Of a stretch of 64,000 bases of DNA, positions 1 to 9,202 are shown in pieces. Numbering within the stretch: position 1 is the stretch's first letter; each line of letters starts with the position of its first letter. Under the pieces are notes generated by a model that was not told the origin of the DNA, did no database searches, and worked only from the letters and a program-made list of their open reading frames with translations. Both the position numbers and the translations under genes were made by a program. The DNA comes from an uncultured candidate division Zixibacteria bacterium (GTDB lineage Bacteria > Zixibacteria > MSB-5A5 > GN15 > FEB-12): NCBI GenBank assembly GCA_963664195.1, contig OY760907.1:2496001-2560000 (forward strand), given 5' to 3'.

Positions 1-2193
1 ATTGCGGTCGATAACAATACTCGCCGAGGCGTCCACGGTCACATGGTCCCGATCCAGATCCGCGAACAGGGAAGAGGAATTGACCTCGATCGAATCCGCA
101 CCGACCAACACCGTGTCGGAGTCGTAGTTCTCCACCCAGCGAGTCCCCTTGAAGAACCGCTTGTAGTTTACCCCCAATTCGAATTCCATATTGCTCCTGG
201 GCCGATACTCCAGGCCCGTATAGTGCGCCCACCAGGAGCCCCCGCGATCTGAACCGCTACCCGGATTCAACACCAGGGATACCTTCTTCCGACCGTCTGT
301 TGCCAAGTTGGCCCACCAACTGAAAGTCGGGCACTCAGGCCAGATCCAGAGACCGTTGCCGCGGGTTTCGAGGTCGCTGTATTTCTCACCCTGGACGTTG
401 AACCCTCCCCCCAGCGACCAGAAGTTGGTGAAGTCAATATACGTGTTGAAACTGCCGCCCAGGCTGTAGTTGACGCCGTCGTAGTTCCAATCGGACCAGA
501 GATTGAGGTCGTTCCAACTGTTGCGAACTATCCACCAGTCGTCGTTGGTCCGGTATTGGAGCCAGCCGTAAGCACTACGACTGTCGTTCCGGCTGTTGTA
601 TCCCAGATGGTTTATGTTCAAGTCGCGATTCTTGAGCGTGAACCCGAAACAACCGCGCACGTGCTCGCCTGCATCCTTGCCCAGGGTGAGGTCGAACCCG
701 TATCCCATTTCTTCAGGGTCGATCCGGCTGAAAACTGCCTGTCCACGGGCGTACCATTTGCCGTCGTTAGTATACAGCCGCCAGTCAAGACCGCCGGTCA
801 CTGCTGGATTTCGGCCCTCGCGGCTCGCCAGAGTGAGCATTGTGCCGACAAATGAATTTCTGAACAACTCCTGCTTCAAGCGAATGATCGTGTAGTTTGC
901 CTTTGGCTCTACCACGCCCGTTCGATACACCGTGTCGATTGATACCGTGTCGATAGCAAGCGAATCACCGATCATCGTACTGTCAGCGACCAGATTCGTG
1001 AGGGCGCCGTAGTCGGCGCTTTCCTCCTGCGTAACTGCCGTGAGGAGTGCTATCGACGTTCGCGCGGCCAGTTTGCCGGTGAGCTTGGCAGCTCCCAGGA
1101 TAGTCGTGTTCTTGGGGTAGTCCGTGTAGAAATCGGCCTCGTCATCGTCGACATCGGCATCTGGACTGCGACCAATTCTTCGGCTATAGAACATGGTGAA
1201 CTCGGAGTGGAACAGATCGGCCCCCTCCACGAAAAACGGTCGACGTTCCGGGAAGAATGTCTCGTACGTCGACAGGTTCAACACCGGTGCGTCGAGTTCC
1301 ACCTGTCCGAAATCAGGGTTGATTGTGGCATCGAGAATCAGGTCTGAGGACAGCGCGTACTTGATGTCAAACCCGGCGTTGCCCATGTAGTCGCGACCGT
1401 CCGGGTTGCCGGCGGTTTTTGGCGAGGTCTCGGCGCTGGAAACGACGTACGGCAGCATTTCTAAGTGTTTCGCGGGTGCGATACCCTCAATGCCGGTCAG
1501 GTGCCCGAAGTTCGACGTGAAGCCACCCTCCGACTGAGGGGTGAATGCCCAGCGAACACCTTCATCTTTACGGTTGATGACGCGGGCAAAGTCGACCCCC
1601 CAGACGTGAGTGTCGTTTTCGGCAAACCGAAGACAATGGAACGGGATGCGCATCTCCGCCGACCATCCCCACGGTTGCATCTTGACCGCGCCGTCCCAGA
1701 CGGCGTCCCATGAGTCATCGGTATTGTTGTCGTTGTAAATGCGGTCGTCACTTAACACTCCCGCCGCGGATATCTCGAAATTGAAGCCGCTCTGGTGGTC
1801 GTGGAAGGGGTCAACTCGGAAAGCAACTCGATCCGACTGCGCCCCCCGATCACGCCGGACCAACTGCCGTTGAATTAACTCCGGTTCGGAATCGTAGCAC
1901 CAGAATGCGACGTACAGAGCGTCGTCATCGTACACTATTGCGACCAGAGTCGACTCTGTCGCCGCCTGACCTTCGTCAGGGTCGCGTTGTCTGAAATTTC
2001 TCGCAAAATCGAGTTTTGCGCCGTTCCAGATTTCGTCGTTGAGGTTTCCGTCGATGGTCGGCGCGTGGGGATTGACACGAGTAGCCCTGATCTCAGGGAC
2101 GACTCTTGCCTCAGGTTCAGATTCCTGTGCCATGAGCGCACTTGCCGAAAACAGAATCAGCAGGACACAGCAGCAGCCAGTTAGTAATCTCAC
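1..2193 (-). CDS. DUF5916/CBM9-like secreted or outer-membrane protein (3' end runs off the window)
   Basis: Hand translation from GTG at 2193 after an AAGGAG RBS gives a signal peptide, then APTIDGNLNDEIW...YDDDALYVAFWCYDSEP...SWDAVWD...GWSAEMRIPF, typical of the family. Absent from the ORF track because no stop lies in the window. Confidence 0.8.
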   Translation of the reverse strand, partial: MRLLTGCCCVLLILFSASALMAQESEPEARVVPEIRATRVNPHAPTIDGNLNDEIWNGAKLDFARNFRQRDPDEGQAATESTLVAIVYDDDALYVAFWCYDSEPELIQRQLVRRDRGAQSDRVAFRVDPFHDHQSGFNFEISAAGVLSDDRIYNDNNTDDSWDAVWDGAVKMQPWGWSAEMRIPFHCLRFAENDTHVWGVDFARVINRKDEGVRWAFTPQSEGGFTSNFGHLTGIEGIAPAKHLEMLPYVVSSAETSPKTAGNPDGRDYMGNAGFDIKYALSSDLILDATINPDFGQVELDAPVLNLSTYETFFPERRPFFVEGADLFHSEFTMFYSRRIGRSPDADVDDDEADFYTDYPKNTTILGAAKLTGKLAARTSIALLTAVTQEESADYGALTNLVADSTMIGDSLAIDTVSIDTVYRTGVVEPKANYTIIRLKQELFRNSFVGTMLTLASREGRNPAVTGGLDWRLYTNDGKWYARGQAVFSRIDPEEMGYGFDLTLGKDAGEHVRGCFGFTLKNRDLNINHLGYNSRNDSRSAYGWLQYRTNDDWWIVRNSWNDLNLWSDWNYDGVNYSLGGSFNTYIDFTNFWSLGGGFNVQGEKYSDLETRGNGLWIWPECPTFSWWANLATDGRKKVSLVLNPGSGSDRGGSWWAHYTGLEYRPRSNMEFELGVNYKRFFKGTRWVENYDSDTVLVGADSIEVNSSSLFADLDRDHVTVDASASIVIDRN

Positions 2194-2290
2194 GCAGGCA
2201 CTCCTTCTCGCTCGTTGCACCGGTCTGGCGACCGGCCTCTCCCGTTTGTTTTCCCTTGACCCTGGTGACGCAATGCCTGCGTTGTTATCT

Positions 2291-2318
2291 TTGGACGTAT
2301 TTTCCAGACAAAGGTTGC
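2291..2318 (-). promoter_or_regulatory. Putative ECF sigma promoter GCAACC-N15-CGTCCAA
   Basis: About 100 nt upstream of the DUF5916 gene; near-identical motif at 17005-17032. Confidence 0.5.
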
Positions 2319-2384
2319 GGGAAAAGTCCTTGATCTATCCTGATTGGAACTTGTTGCCGGCGAATAGTGATACTCGCGGACGTG

Positions 2385-2417
2385 AAAAAGCCCCCTGCGT
2401 GCGCAGAGGGCTTTCTT
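2385..2417. terminator. Intrinsic terminator
   Basis: AAAAAGCCCCCTGCG/CGCAGAGGGCTTTCTT stem with A and T tails, downstream of the 2471-2698 ORF. Confidence 0.7.
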
Positions 2418-2470
2418 CGGATTATTCTACAGAACCTCTCAGGCTGAGGTCCGAATGTGGGCAGCCGGTC

Positions 2471-2698
2471 TTACCAGCGTTTTCCTCTCAACCTGTTACC
2501 CAGGTGTTTTGAGATCACGTCGTACATGCCATGTGGCCAGGCCGGCGGGTTCTTGAGAATGAAATAGCGGTCCCAATTCGGCACATCCGAGAGGTCCTTC
2601 TCAATAGCCGTGAAGACTGATATGGGGATCTCCGCCAAAAACCGTACCCGTCCCGGGCGGACATCGATGTCTGATTCTACGGAGTTTTGATACGTCAT
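2471..2698 (-). CDS. Small hypothetical protein (75 aa)
   Basis: Likely ATG at 2698 after AGGA; followed by a terminator. The longer 190-aa ORF has a non-protein-like N-terminus. Confidence 0.5.
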   Translation of the reverse strand: MTYQNSVESDIDVRPGRVRFLAEIPISVFTAIEKDLSDVPNWDRYFILKNPPAWPHGMYDVISKHLGNRLRGKRW

Positions 2699-3215
2699 AA
2701 TACTATCCTGCCTGATTTTGGATGTTTCGTATTCAGGAGATTCGCAACTCGCATGCCAGAACCGATCAGACCGGATCTCTTTCCCTTGAAGCCTGCTATT
2801 TAAGCGATTTACAGGGAGTTGAGCCACGTCGGGATTGGATTCGGGAGCTGCCTTCTCTTTGGCAGGCGCAACAGCTTGCACACTGTGGTCAGCATTATGC
2901 TGCAATCCGGTGGTATCTGTCAGTAACGGATTGCGACTATCTTCTGAATCTTCATTGGAGAACCATCGTCTGGTCCAAATGCTCATAAGCCCGGCCCTTG
3001 AGAATCGATACTCGATGACAATACTACGCGATACTGGTTTCATCGGACATTAACCGACAATCTGCACTCCCATCTTGGTTTTGACACCCGTTTCAAGCCA
3101 CATACTCGCCCAGAGTCGTCTGATGCCGGGATTGTGTTTGATCCGTGTGGGGCCGGACTGAGAACTCACACAGGAAGACTGAACAGGTCTTCGGCGGGGA
3201 AGAAGATCGCGACGC

Positions 3216-3248
3216 AAAACGAAAGAGGTACCGAGATGGTACCCCTTC
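3216..3248 (-). terminator. Terminator-like hairpin
   Basis: Minus strand GAAGGGGTACC-ATCTC-GGTACCTCTTTCGTTTT. Confidence 0.5.
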
Positions 3249-3622
3249 GAAACTGTTGGCTGCGATGTCGGAGGGTGATGAGTCAGTCTCTTCGGAGGAG
3301 CTCCCCCCAGGCTCCCGCGATACCTTACTAATTCGGCGATACGATCCGGCACTTAATCACTCGCCAGATTGCTTCCGTCACGAGCTGGCAAAAGATGGAC
3401 TCATGCCCAAGGATTCACCAACAATACGAATGCGTGCGATCCCGAGACGGGTCTCAGCCTGAGACCGTTTCTGACGATATTGTCTGCGACGACCCGAAAA
3501 ACGCCCAAACTGCCCCCCGAATACCCCTTCAAATGCCGATTACAGGACAAAAGCGCACGATTCCTGTGTCTCCTCCCGGATTACTCAACCCGCCTCGCAC
3601 AGGACCGCGAACGGAAGAGGCA

Positions 3623-4723
3623 ATGAGCACACCCGAGAACAAAAACGGTCATCGTATGAAGGGAGATAAACGAGCCAAAACGAGCCCGCCGGATATGCGG
3701 CCGATCATTGCTCTGCCTCCAATGATCTGGAGCCTTGCGATTGTAGCGTCTCTTGTGTGGAACCTGTTTTCGGTCGATTCCTCGTTCCGTGATTTGGCCT
3801 ACTCGGGCGTATCACCGTTGATCCTCGGTCACGGCCTCCTGTGGCTGCTCGGTTTGGTTGGTCTGGATGCGGGCATCCGTTTCGTTACCAACCGCGTGAA
3901 CCTGCAGCGACTCGCCGAGACAGATCTCGCCGCACACAGCCACAAACTCGAATCGCTCAATACCGCCCTGGCCGCCAAACAACGGGAGTTGGAAGAGTTT
4001 GTTTTCATGACCTCCCACGACCTCAAATCCCCGTTGATATGCATTCAGGGGTTTGCGGACATTCTCAGGCGTGAGGCCGCGGACACGCTCGACGACGAAT
4101 CACTCAGGTACCTTGATCGGATCATTGCCAACGGTGACACGATGGCGTCGTTGTTGACAGACATCCACGACTTCTTCCGCGCCGGTCAGATAGAAGAGCC
4201 GTTCGAAACGGTGGACATGCAGGGGCTGATCGAAGATGTGTTCTCCAATTACGACCCGATTACAGAGAAGAGGGGGATCGCCTTGGTATGCACGTTGACT
4301 CTCCCGGCGGTTCACGGTTCCCGACGACGTCTCCACGAAGTCTTGACGAACCTGATCGACAACGCGGTGAAATACATGCCCGACAAGCCGGGCGCGCGAA
4401 TCGAAGTTGGGTACGAACCCTCGCACGACAATTCAGGTGGCAAACCCGGTGCTTTTTTCGTGCGTGACAACGGACGGGGGATACCGCCGCAGTTCCAGGC
4501 GAAAGTGTTTGATATGTTCCAACGGGTTGGAGTCGATGATGCCGGTGTCGACGACGGCGGCATCGAAGGTTCCGGCGTTGGACTGGCGATTGTAAAGCGA
4601 ATCATCGAAACCCACGGCGGCACGATACATCTGGAATCCCAGCCCGCCCACGGCACAACGTTCTTCTTCACGCTGCCGTTGGCGAAGGTGGAAGTGCATT
4701 GGGAAGCGGCAGCGATGGAGTGA
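3623..4723 (+). CDS. Membrane sensor histidine kinase (HisKA + HATPase_c), orphan
   Basis: H-box SHDLKSPL, N-box NLIDNAVKY, G1 DNGRGI, F-box VFDMF, G2 GSGVGL; two TM helices; ATG at 3623 after GAGG. Confidence 0.92.
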   Translation: MSTPENKNGHRMKGDKRAKTSPPDMRPIIALPPMIWSLAIVASLVWNLFSVDSSFRDLAYSGVSPLILGHGLLWLLGLVGLDAGIRFVTNRVNLQRLAETDLAAHSHKLESLNTALAAKQRELEEFVFMTSHDLKSPLICIQGFADILRREAADTLDDESLRYLDRIIANGDTMASLLTDIHDFFRAGQIEEPFETVDMQGLIEDVFSNYDPITEKRGIALVCTLTLPAVHGSRRRLHEVLTNLIDNAVKYMPDKPGARIEVGYEPSHDNSGGKPGAFFVRDNGRGIPPQFQAKVFDMFQRVGVDDAGVDDGGIEGSGVGLAIVKRIIETHGGTIHLESQPAHGTTFFFTLPLAKVEVHWEAAAME

Positions 4724-4793
4724 GTAAGGGACATACCGTTCGACAAACCGTCAACTCAGCAATTCGGGCGCATCGAACTCACAGGATTGCTAT

Positions 4794-7280
4794 TCATCCG
4801 AACTGTGTCTGCTCAACTTCTTTTCTGATCTTGTCGACCAGAGTCTTTGAGAACCGGCCTTCAACTTCACTTTCGATTAACGCTCGGCAGTCTCTCATCT
4901 TGCCGGCTCTGGCAAGTAGGATCACTTTGGCCGATATGTAGCTGGCCTTGTCGTAGATGTCCGAGTCTTTCCTGAATGTGCCGTCAATTGACTTGATGAC
5001 CAGTTCGAGGTCTTCCCAGTTAGAGAAAGCTCGACAAATCTCGATCTGTGTAAGGCGGGGATAAATACTTCTAGGATAGGCGGCAACTCCGTCCCTTGCA
5101 GCGTTTAAGGCACGTTCTTCGTCATGCTCCACGGCTGCAAGAAACTCTGCATGGATAATCATATACATTTCTCTTGCCCGCCGGTGAGAATTATTCCTCA
5201 GGCTCTCGACCATTTTCTCTAGTTCGTCTCTCTTATTAGCCAAGGGGATGTCAGCGTTTCTAATCAAGCATCTGAAGTAGCTCTGGACATTGTACGGATT
5301 GTTTCGCAGCAATTCGTAGTTGTCCTTAGCGAGTTGGAAGGCCAGCTGGTGTTCCTCTAGGTTCAGATACACTTGAACGAGCTCTCGCTTTGCCTTGTAG
5401 TGTCTAGGGCTTACTTCGAGAACGTCCAGTAGCCGATCTACTGCATCCTCATGGCGGCCAATCAATCGGTAATAGAAGCCGAGCAAAAAGTTGTGGTCAG
5501 GACCATCGATGTTCTGTACCTCCTCCACTAAGCGCCGGTCCCTTTTTCGTGCCAGCGAGAGGCACAGCCATATCCTCACCTCCATCATAACACGTTGGTC
5601 CAGATACTTCTCCTTGAGGAGAACCCTGTCGGCAAGCGCTATTACGTAGTCATACCGTCTTTCGTTGTCATAAAGATCACGCATCGCGTGCAAATAGTGC
5701 GATGGGAGGAGCAGTCTCTCCGGAATCGAGAACCCTCTCTTCAGAGCCTCTTTGACTGACACGAAGTAGTCGGACATATCTCGGTCTAGCGTATCGTATT
5801 GATCGAAGGTGGATCGGACATGAGATTCAAGATTGTCAGTATATTGCTTGTCCCGTTTGATCCCTATTCTTTGTATGTGATCACGTATCGCATCGTTCAG
5901 TCTAATGTACTCTCTAGTCGCGCCTATGAACTCGATAATGAAGCCGTTGGAGAAGTCTTCCATGATGGTGCGGACATCTCCGAAGTCCTCCTTGAACACT
6001 GATTCCAAGAGACCAAAACTGACTAGCTCACAGTCGGACAGAAATCCCAATACCTGCTTTGCTAACCCATTCGACTCGTATTCCTGCATTAGATGGGCAA
6101 CCTTCTCCGAATTGTAGTCAGGAATTATGTGCAGGTTGTTCATTACGTAAGGCAATCCTTCCGAGATCATGTTCTCAAACGTGAAAAACACTTGCTCCGG
6201 AAAGCCATTGAACAATTCACATATTGTTCCAAAATCTTGTGGGCTGATCTGACAATTCTCGAGGTCCAAGAGAGCTCTGAACAGAGCGTTGCGTTCGTAC
6301 CTCTCAAGTTCCGGCACCTCGACTCCGAAGATGTTGTCTCCGTGCAGATGACTATGGTGCCTCACTCGATTTCTGGATATCAAGCAGACGAACAGTCGCT
6401 GAATCGCGGACAGGCCGCTCACAATCTGTCTGAACCAATCAATTATTACACCATCTCTCCCGACAATGGCATAGTTGTCCACCACAAAGACAATAGCCTC
6501 GTGCTTCTCGATTTCCAGCAGCAATTCTGTGGCAAGAGAGATTTTGTCATCCATGTCTCTGTCGAGGAGGTTTAGCAACTCGTTGCGTCTTTTCTGGGAG
6601 AGCCCGAGATCGTAGAGGCCGATGACAAAGTCCTCGATGCTGTCTCTGCTTCCGAGTACGATTGTCGGTGGTGCGTATCCCTCTCGGATCTTATTGGAGT
6701 TCTTTAAGCAATGAGTAGTGAATTTCCTGCGGCCGATTGATGGCATTCCTGCCGTAACCAAAAGCAGGGGAATAGGCTTCTCGTAATTGAAGATGCGCTC
6801 CTCATACTGCCTTATCAACTCGGTCCTTCCCACGAACAACTGCGCCAAGTCTCTGTTCTTGGGGTAGATCTCCCAAGTCAGTGTTTTTAGAATTTGACCA
6901 ATTCTCTCTGCTGCCTTGGTTGGTTTTGAGACATACTTCAGGTTGTAGTTGTCTCTGATCCAAGCTGGAATTCTGTCGTCATCATAACGAATATGGTGGT
7001 CAATGATTATCGGGTAGAGCCGTCTGATGTTTCCTGCGCTGATCAGTTCGTGAGCTTTCTCGATCTCGGAAGTTACCCAGGTACTCTGCAGAGCTTCCTC
7101 GGATATGAAAAGAACGAATAGACTGGTTTCGGACAGTCCGTGGAGAATCTCGTCGAAGGTTTTGTTTCCTTCCTCAAATGTCAAAGTGTCATAGACTAGG
7201 CGGGACGCCCCTAAATGCCTAGCGACTACATCAACGTATCCCTTCTGCTTGCTACTGTGCGACAGGAATGCTCTCAGCAT
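4794..7280 (-). CDS. TIR - STAND-like NTPase - TPR protein (NLR-like, candidate antiphage)
   Basis: N-terminal TIR (AFLSHSSKQK...FVLFISEEALQSTWVTSEI), FVGR then degenerate P-loop GMPSIGRR, Walker-B-like VFVVDN, C-terminal TPR-like helices. Confidence 0.8.
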   Translation of the reverse strand: MLRAFLSHSSKQKGYVDVVARHLGASRLVYDTLTFEEGNKTFDEILHGLSETSLFVLFISEEALQSTWVTSEIEKAHELISAGNIRRLYPIIIDHHIRYDDDRIPAWIRDNYNLKYVSKPTKAAERIGQILKTLTWEIYPKNRDLAQLFVGRTELIRQYEERIFNYEKPIPLLLVTAGMPSIGRRKFTTHCLKNSNKIREGYAPPTIVLGSRDSIEDFVIGLYDLGLSQKRRNELLNLLDRDMDDKISLATELLLEIEKHEAIVFVVDNYAIVGRDGVIIDWFRQIVSGLSAIQRLFVCLISRNRVRHHSHLHGDNIFGVEVPELERYERNALFRALLDLENCQISPQDFGTICELFNGFPEQVFFTFENMISEGLPYVMNNLHIIPDYNSEKVAHLMQEYESNGLAKQVLGFLSDCELVSFGLLESVFKEDFGDVRTIMEDFSNGFIIEFIGATREYIRLNDAIRDHIQRIGIKRDKQYTDNLESHVRSTFDQYDTLDRDMSDYFVSVKEALKRGFSIPERLLLPSHYLHAMRDLYDNERRYDYVIALADRVLLKEKYLDQRVMMEVRIWLCLSLARKRDRRLVEEVQNIDGPDHNFLLGFYYRLIGRHEDAVDRLLDVLEVSPRHYKAKRELVQVYLNLEEHQLAFQLAKDNYELLRNNPYNVQSYFRCLIRNADIPLANKRDELEKMVESLRNNSHRRAREMYMIIHAEFLAAVEHDEERALNAARDGVAAYPRSIYPRLTQIEICRAFSNWEDLELVIKSIDGTFRKDSDIYDKASYISAKVILLARAGKMRDCRALIESEVEGRFSKTLVDKIRKEVEQTQFG

Positions 7281-7532
7281 AACTTTTCCCTTCAGCTATA
7301 GTATGCGCCGGTTCATGCCAACCGCGCGAGTGTTCTTTGTGTCATCTCCGCACTCCGTTGTCGGACTGCGGATTCGGATCGGGGTACAGCACTCCCTCGA
7401 TAGGTCTGTCAGTCACTCTGACGAGTAGCTTCGCGAGTGTGTTGCCTATAGCGGCTGGTGGGTCGATCTGCGCCGCTGTCTCACAGACATGTCGAGGGTG
7501 TCGCTATTGCATTTGCTGAATTCCCCACGCCC

Positions 7533-7561
7533 AATATAGGATAAATCGATCTATTCTGCAA
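7533..7561 (-). promoter_or_regulatory. Putative sigma70 promoter TTGCAG-N17-TATATT for the TIR-STAND gene
   Basis: Minus-strand hexamers about 250 nt upstream of the ATG; same TATATT -10 as the rplM and tRNA-Thr promoters. Confidence 0.45.
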
Positions 7562-7669
7562 GCGGATGAGAAGAAAAAGAAGAGAGCATTGTGCACACTT
7601 CGACAGGCTCACAGACTGGTCTGGTTGTGTGACTGATTTGTATGGCTGGGCCGCTAGCGTCCAAAAAAG

Positions 7670-7743
7670 TACCCCCGGCTGGATTCGAACCAGCTACCCT
7701 CTGCTTAGAAGGCAGATGCTCTATCCAAATGAGCTACGGGGGC
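7670..7743 (-). tRNA. tRNA-Arg(TCT)
   Basis: Cloverleaf GCCCCCG...CGGGGGTA, anticodon TCT, GGTTCGAATCC T-arm; CCA not encoded. Confidence 0.96.
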
Positions 7744-7862
7744 GTACAGACACTAGTGTCATTCACTTCTTCGGCGCAAGGCCAAAAGTAAACCTCAAAG
7801 CATCATCGCGCAAGACTTTTCCTCGCAGGAATAGGGGAGAGGTTGTCTAACAGATTGAGCCG

Positions 7863-7889
7863 GGGCAGACGAGGGCGTCTGCCGCCCAC
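7863..7889 (-). repeat. REP-like hairpin (GTGG foot)
   Basis: GTGGGC-GGCAGACG-CCCT-CGTCTGCC; sibling copy at 53732-53758. Confidence 0.6.
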
Positions 7890-8104
7890 AAATCAGAGTC
7901 TTTCGCCGTCAGAGACTGGAATCGATTTCACTCCCAAACCCGTAGTAACCACCGGCTCCGGCCCGCTTTATTGTAACTAATGCCACCATCGGACAAAAGA
8001 GGCGCAAGCGGCCTTGTTCTGACACGGCCATTGATTGTTATTTCATAGGAGGGGGGACGGAGTATGCAGATGAATATGCCTGAACAAAAAGGGGAGAGTA
8101 GAGA

Positions 8105-9055
8105 ATGAAAACAGTCGGTAACCCCCGGAGACTGAATGTCCTGTTCTATAACGCCCATCTATTCGGCGATGAGGCCACGGTCCGGTTTGTCGATCTACTG
8201 AGTCGGATTCGCAGCGGCAATCCAATTCTCTACAAAGATGTTTTGCGTGCCGATCTTCTGGCGGGTCGATTGAATCTTCAAGAAGATACCGATGTCGTCG
8301 GACTCTGCGAAGTCTGGGACGACGAAATCTCCGAACGTATCCGCGAACGGGTGGAACACGAGTATCCGCATTCCTACCGTCCGCGCAAGAAACTTGTAAA
8401 CGGGGAAGAGGAGGACGTCTTCGGCTCGGGACTGCTTCTGCTGAGCAAGGTCCCTTTCACGAGGATCGGGCGCACCCCTTTCAAACTGGAGTCAGGCGAC
8501 GATGCCTGGAGTCAGAAGGGATACGCCCGCGTTGCTCTCCGAATTCCGGGCAATCGACGGGTGATGCTTGTCTGGACACACCTTCAGGCCAACGCCAACG
8601 AGTCTGCACGCGCCATTCGGGCAAAACAGATATCGCAACTTCGAACCACAATAGACTATTCCAGTCGCCGTCCCCGGTTTGCCGATCTGCCGGTAATTCT
8701 GATGGGAGATTTCAACGTGAAGGCCGAAGACCGCTTCGGCAGGTACACCGACGAGTATCGCCAAATGCTCAATGCCCTCCGCATGAAGGACGCCTTTCGA
8801 GTTGCCCACGCCGATCCCGCCGCCGCTCCCGGATTCACTTCCGATGCGGATCACAACAGCCTACTGCCCCTGTTTCACGACGGCTGTGACTGTCAGCGTC
8901 TCGATTACGTGTTTTTCCACGACCGCAAGGAAAGGCTCCGCCTGAAAGCTTGTGACCTTCAAGAACTTACAACGACATCGCTCAACGGTAATAGTCCGCC
9001 GGTTCGACACCTGTCGGATCACTTCGGTGTGAGGGCTTCTTTCGACCTCGCCTAG
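8105..9055 (+). CDS. Endonuclease/exonuclease/phosphatase family protein, sphingomyelinase C-like
   Basis: Motifs YNAHLF, GLCEVW, GSGLLLLSK, SQKG, THLQA, MGDFNV, RLDYVF, LSDH. Confidence 0.88.
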   Translation: MKTVGNPRRLNVLFYNAHLFGDEATVRFVDLLSRIRSGNPILYKDVLRADLLAGRLNLQEDTDVVGLCEVWDDEISERIRERVEHEYPHSYRPRKKLVNGEEEDVFGSGLLLLSKVPFTRIGRTPFKLESGDDAWSQKGYARVALRIPGNRRVMLVWTHLQANANESARAIRAKQISQLRTTIDYSSRRPRFADLPVILMGDFNVKAEDRFGRYTDEYRQMLNALRMKDAFRVAHADPAAAPGFTSDADHNSLLPLFHDGCDCQRLDYVFFHDRKERLRLKACDLQELTTTSLNGNSPPVRHLSDHFGVRASFDLA

Positions 9056-9142
9056 AGGGGCCATTTCAGGTCACTGACCGTTCCCGCCACCTTTCTGATC
9101 ATGAAAACTGTACCATTAAATGAAAATAATGTCATGTTTTTG

Positions 9143-9170
9143 TTGCGCTGTGAACAGGAAAACGTATAAT
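9143..9170 (+). promoter_or_regulatory. Putative sigma70 promoter TTGCGC-N16-TATAAT
   Basis: Perfect -10 upstream of the TetR gene in an AT-rich tract with repeated ATGAAA motifs. Confidence 0.5.
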
Positions 9171-9202
9171 ACATGAAACGTTTAGTGCTCGTGGAGTGAT
9201 GA

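Noticed and set aside
43..2184. Short plus-strand ORFs at the window start
   Set aside because: They overlap the minus-strand DUF5916 gene that the ORF track missed.
2699..3622. N-terminal extensions of the 190-aa and 442-aa ORFs
   Set aside because: No RBS and non-protein-like sequence; downstream starts with RBS fit better.
4724..7743. Integrative element or prophage at tRNA-Arg
   Set aside because: No integrase and no duplicated tRNA 3' end (att) found by eye; only the position is suggestive.
7566..7850. ORFs overlapping tRNA genes (also 11561-11948 and 57174-57474)
   Set aside because: Spurious frames across tRNA-Arg, tRNA-Pro and rpmG/tRNA-Trp.
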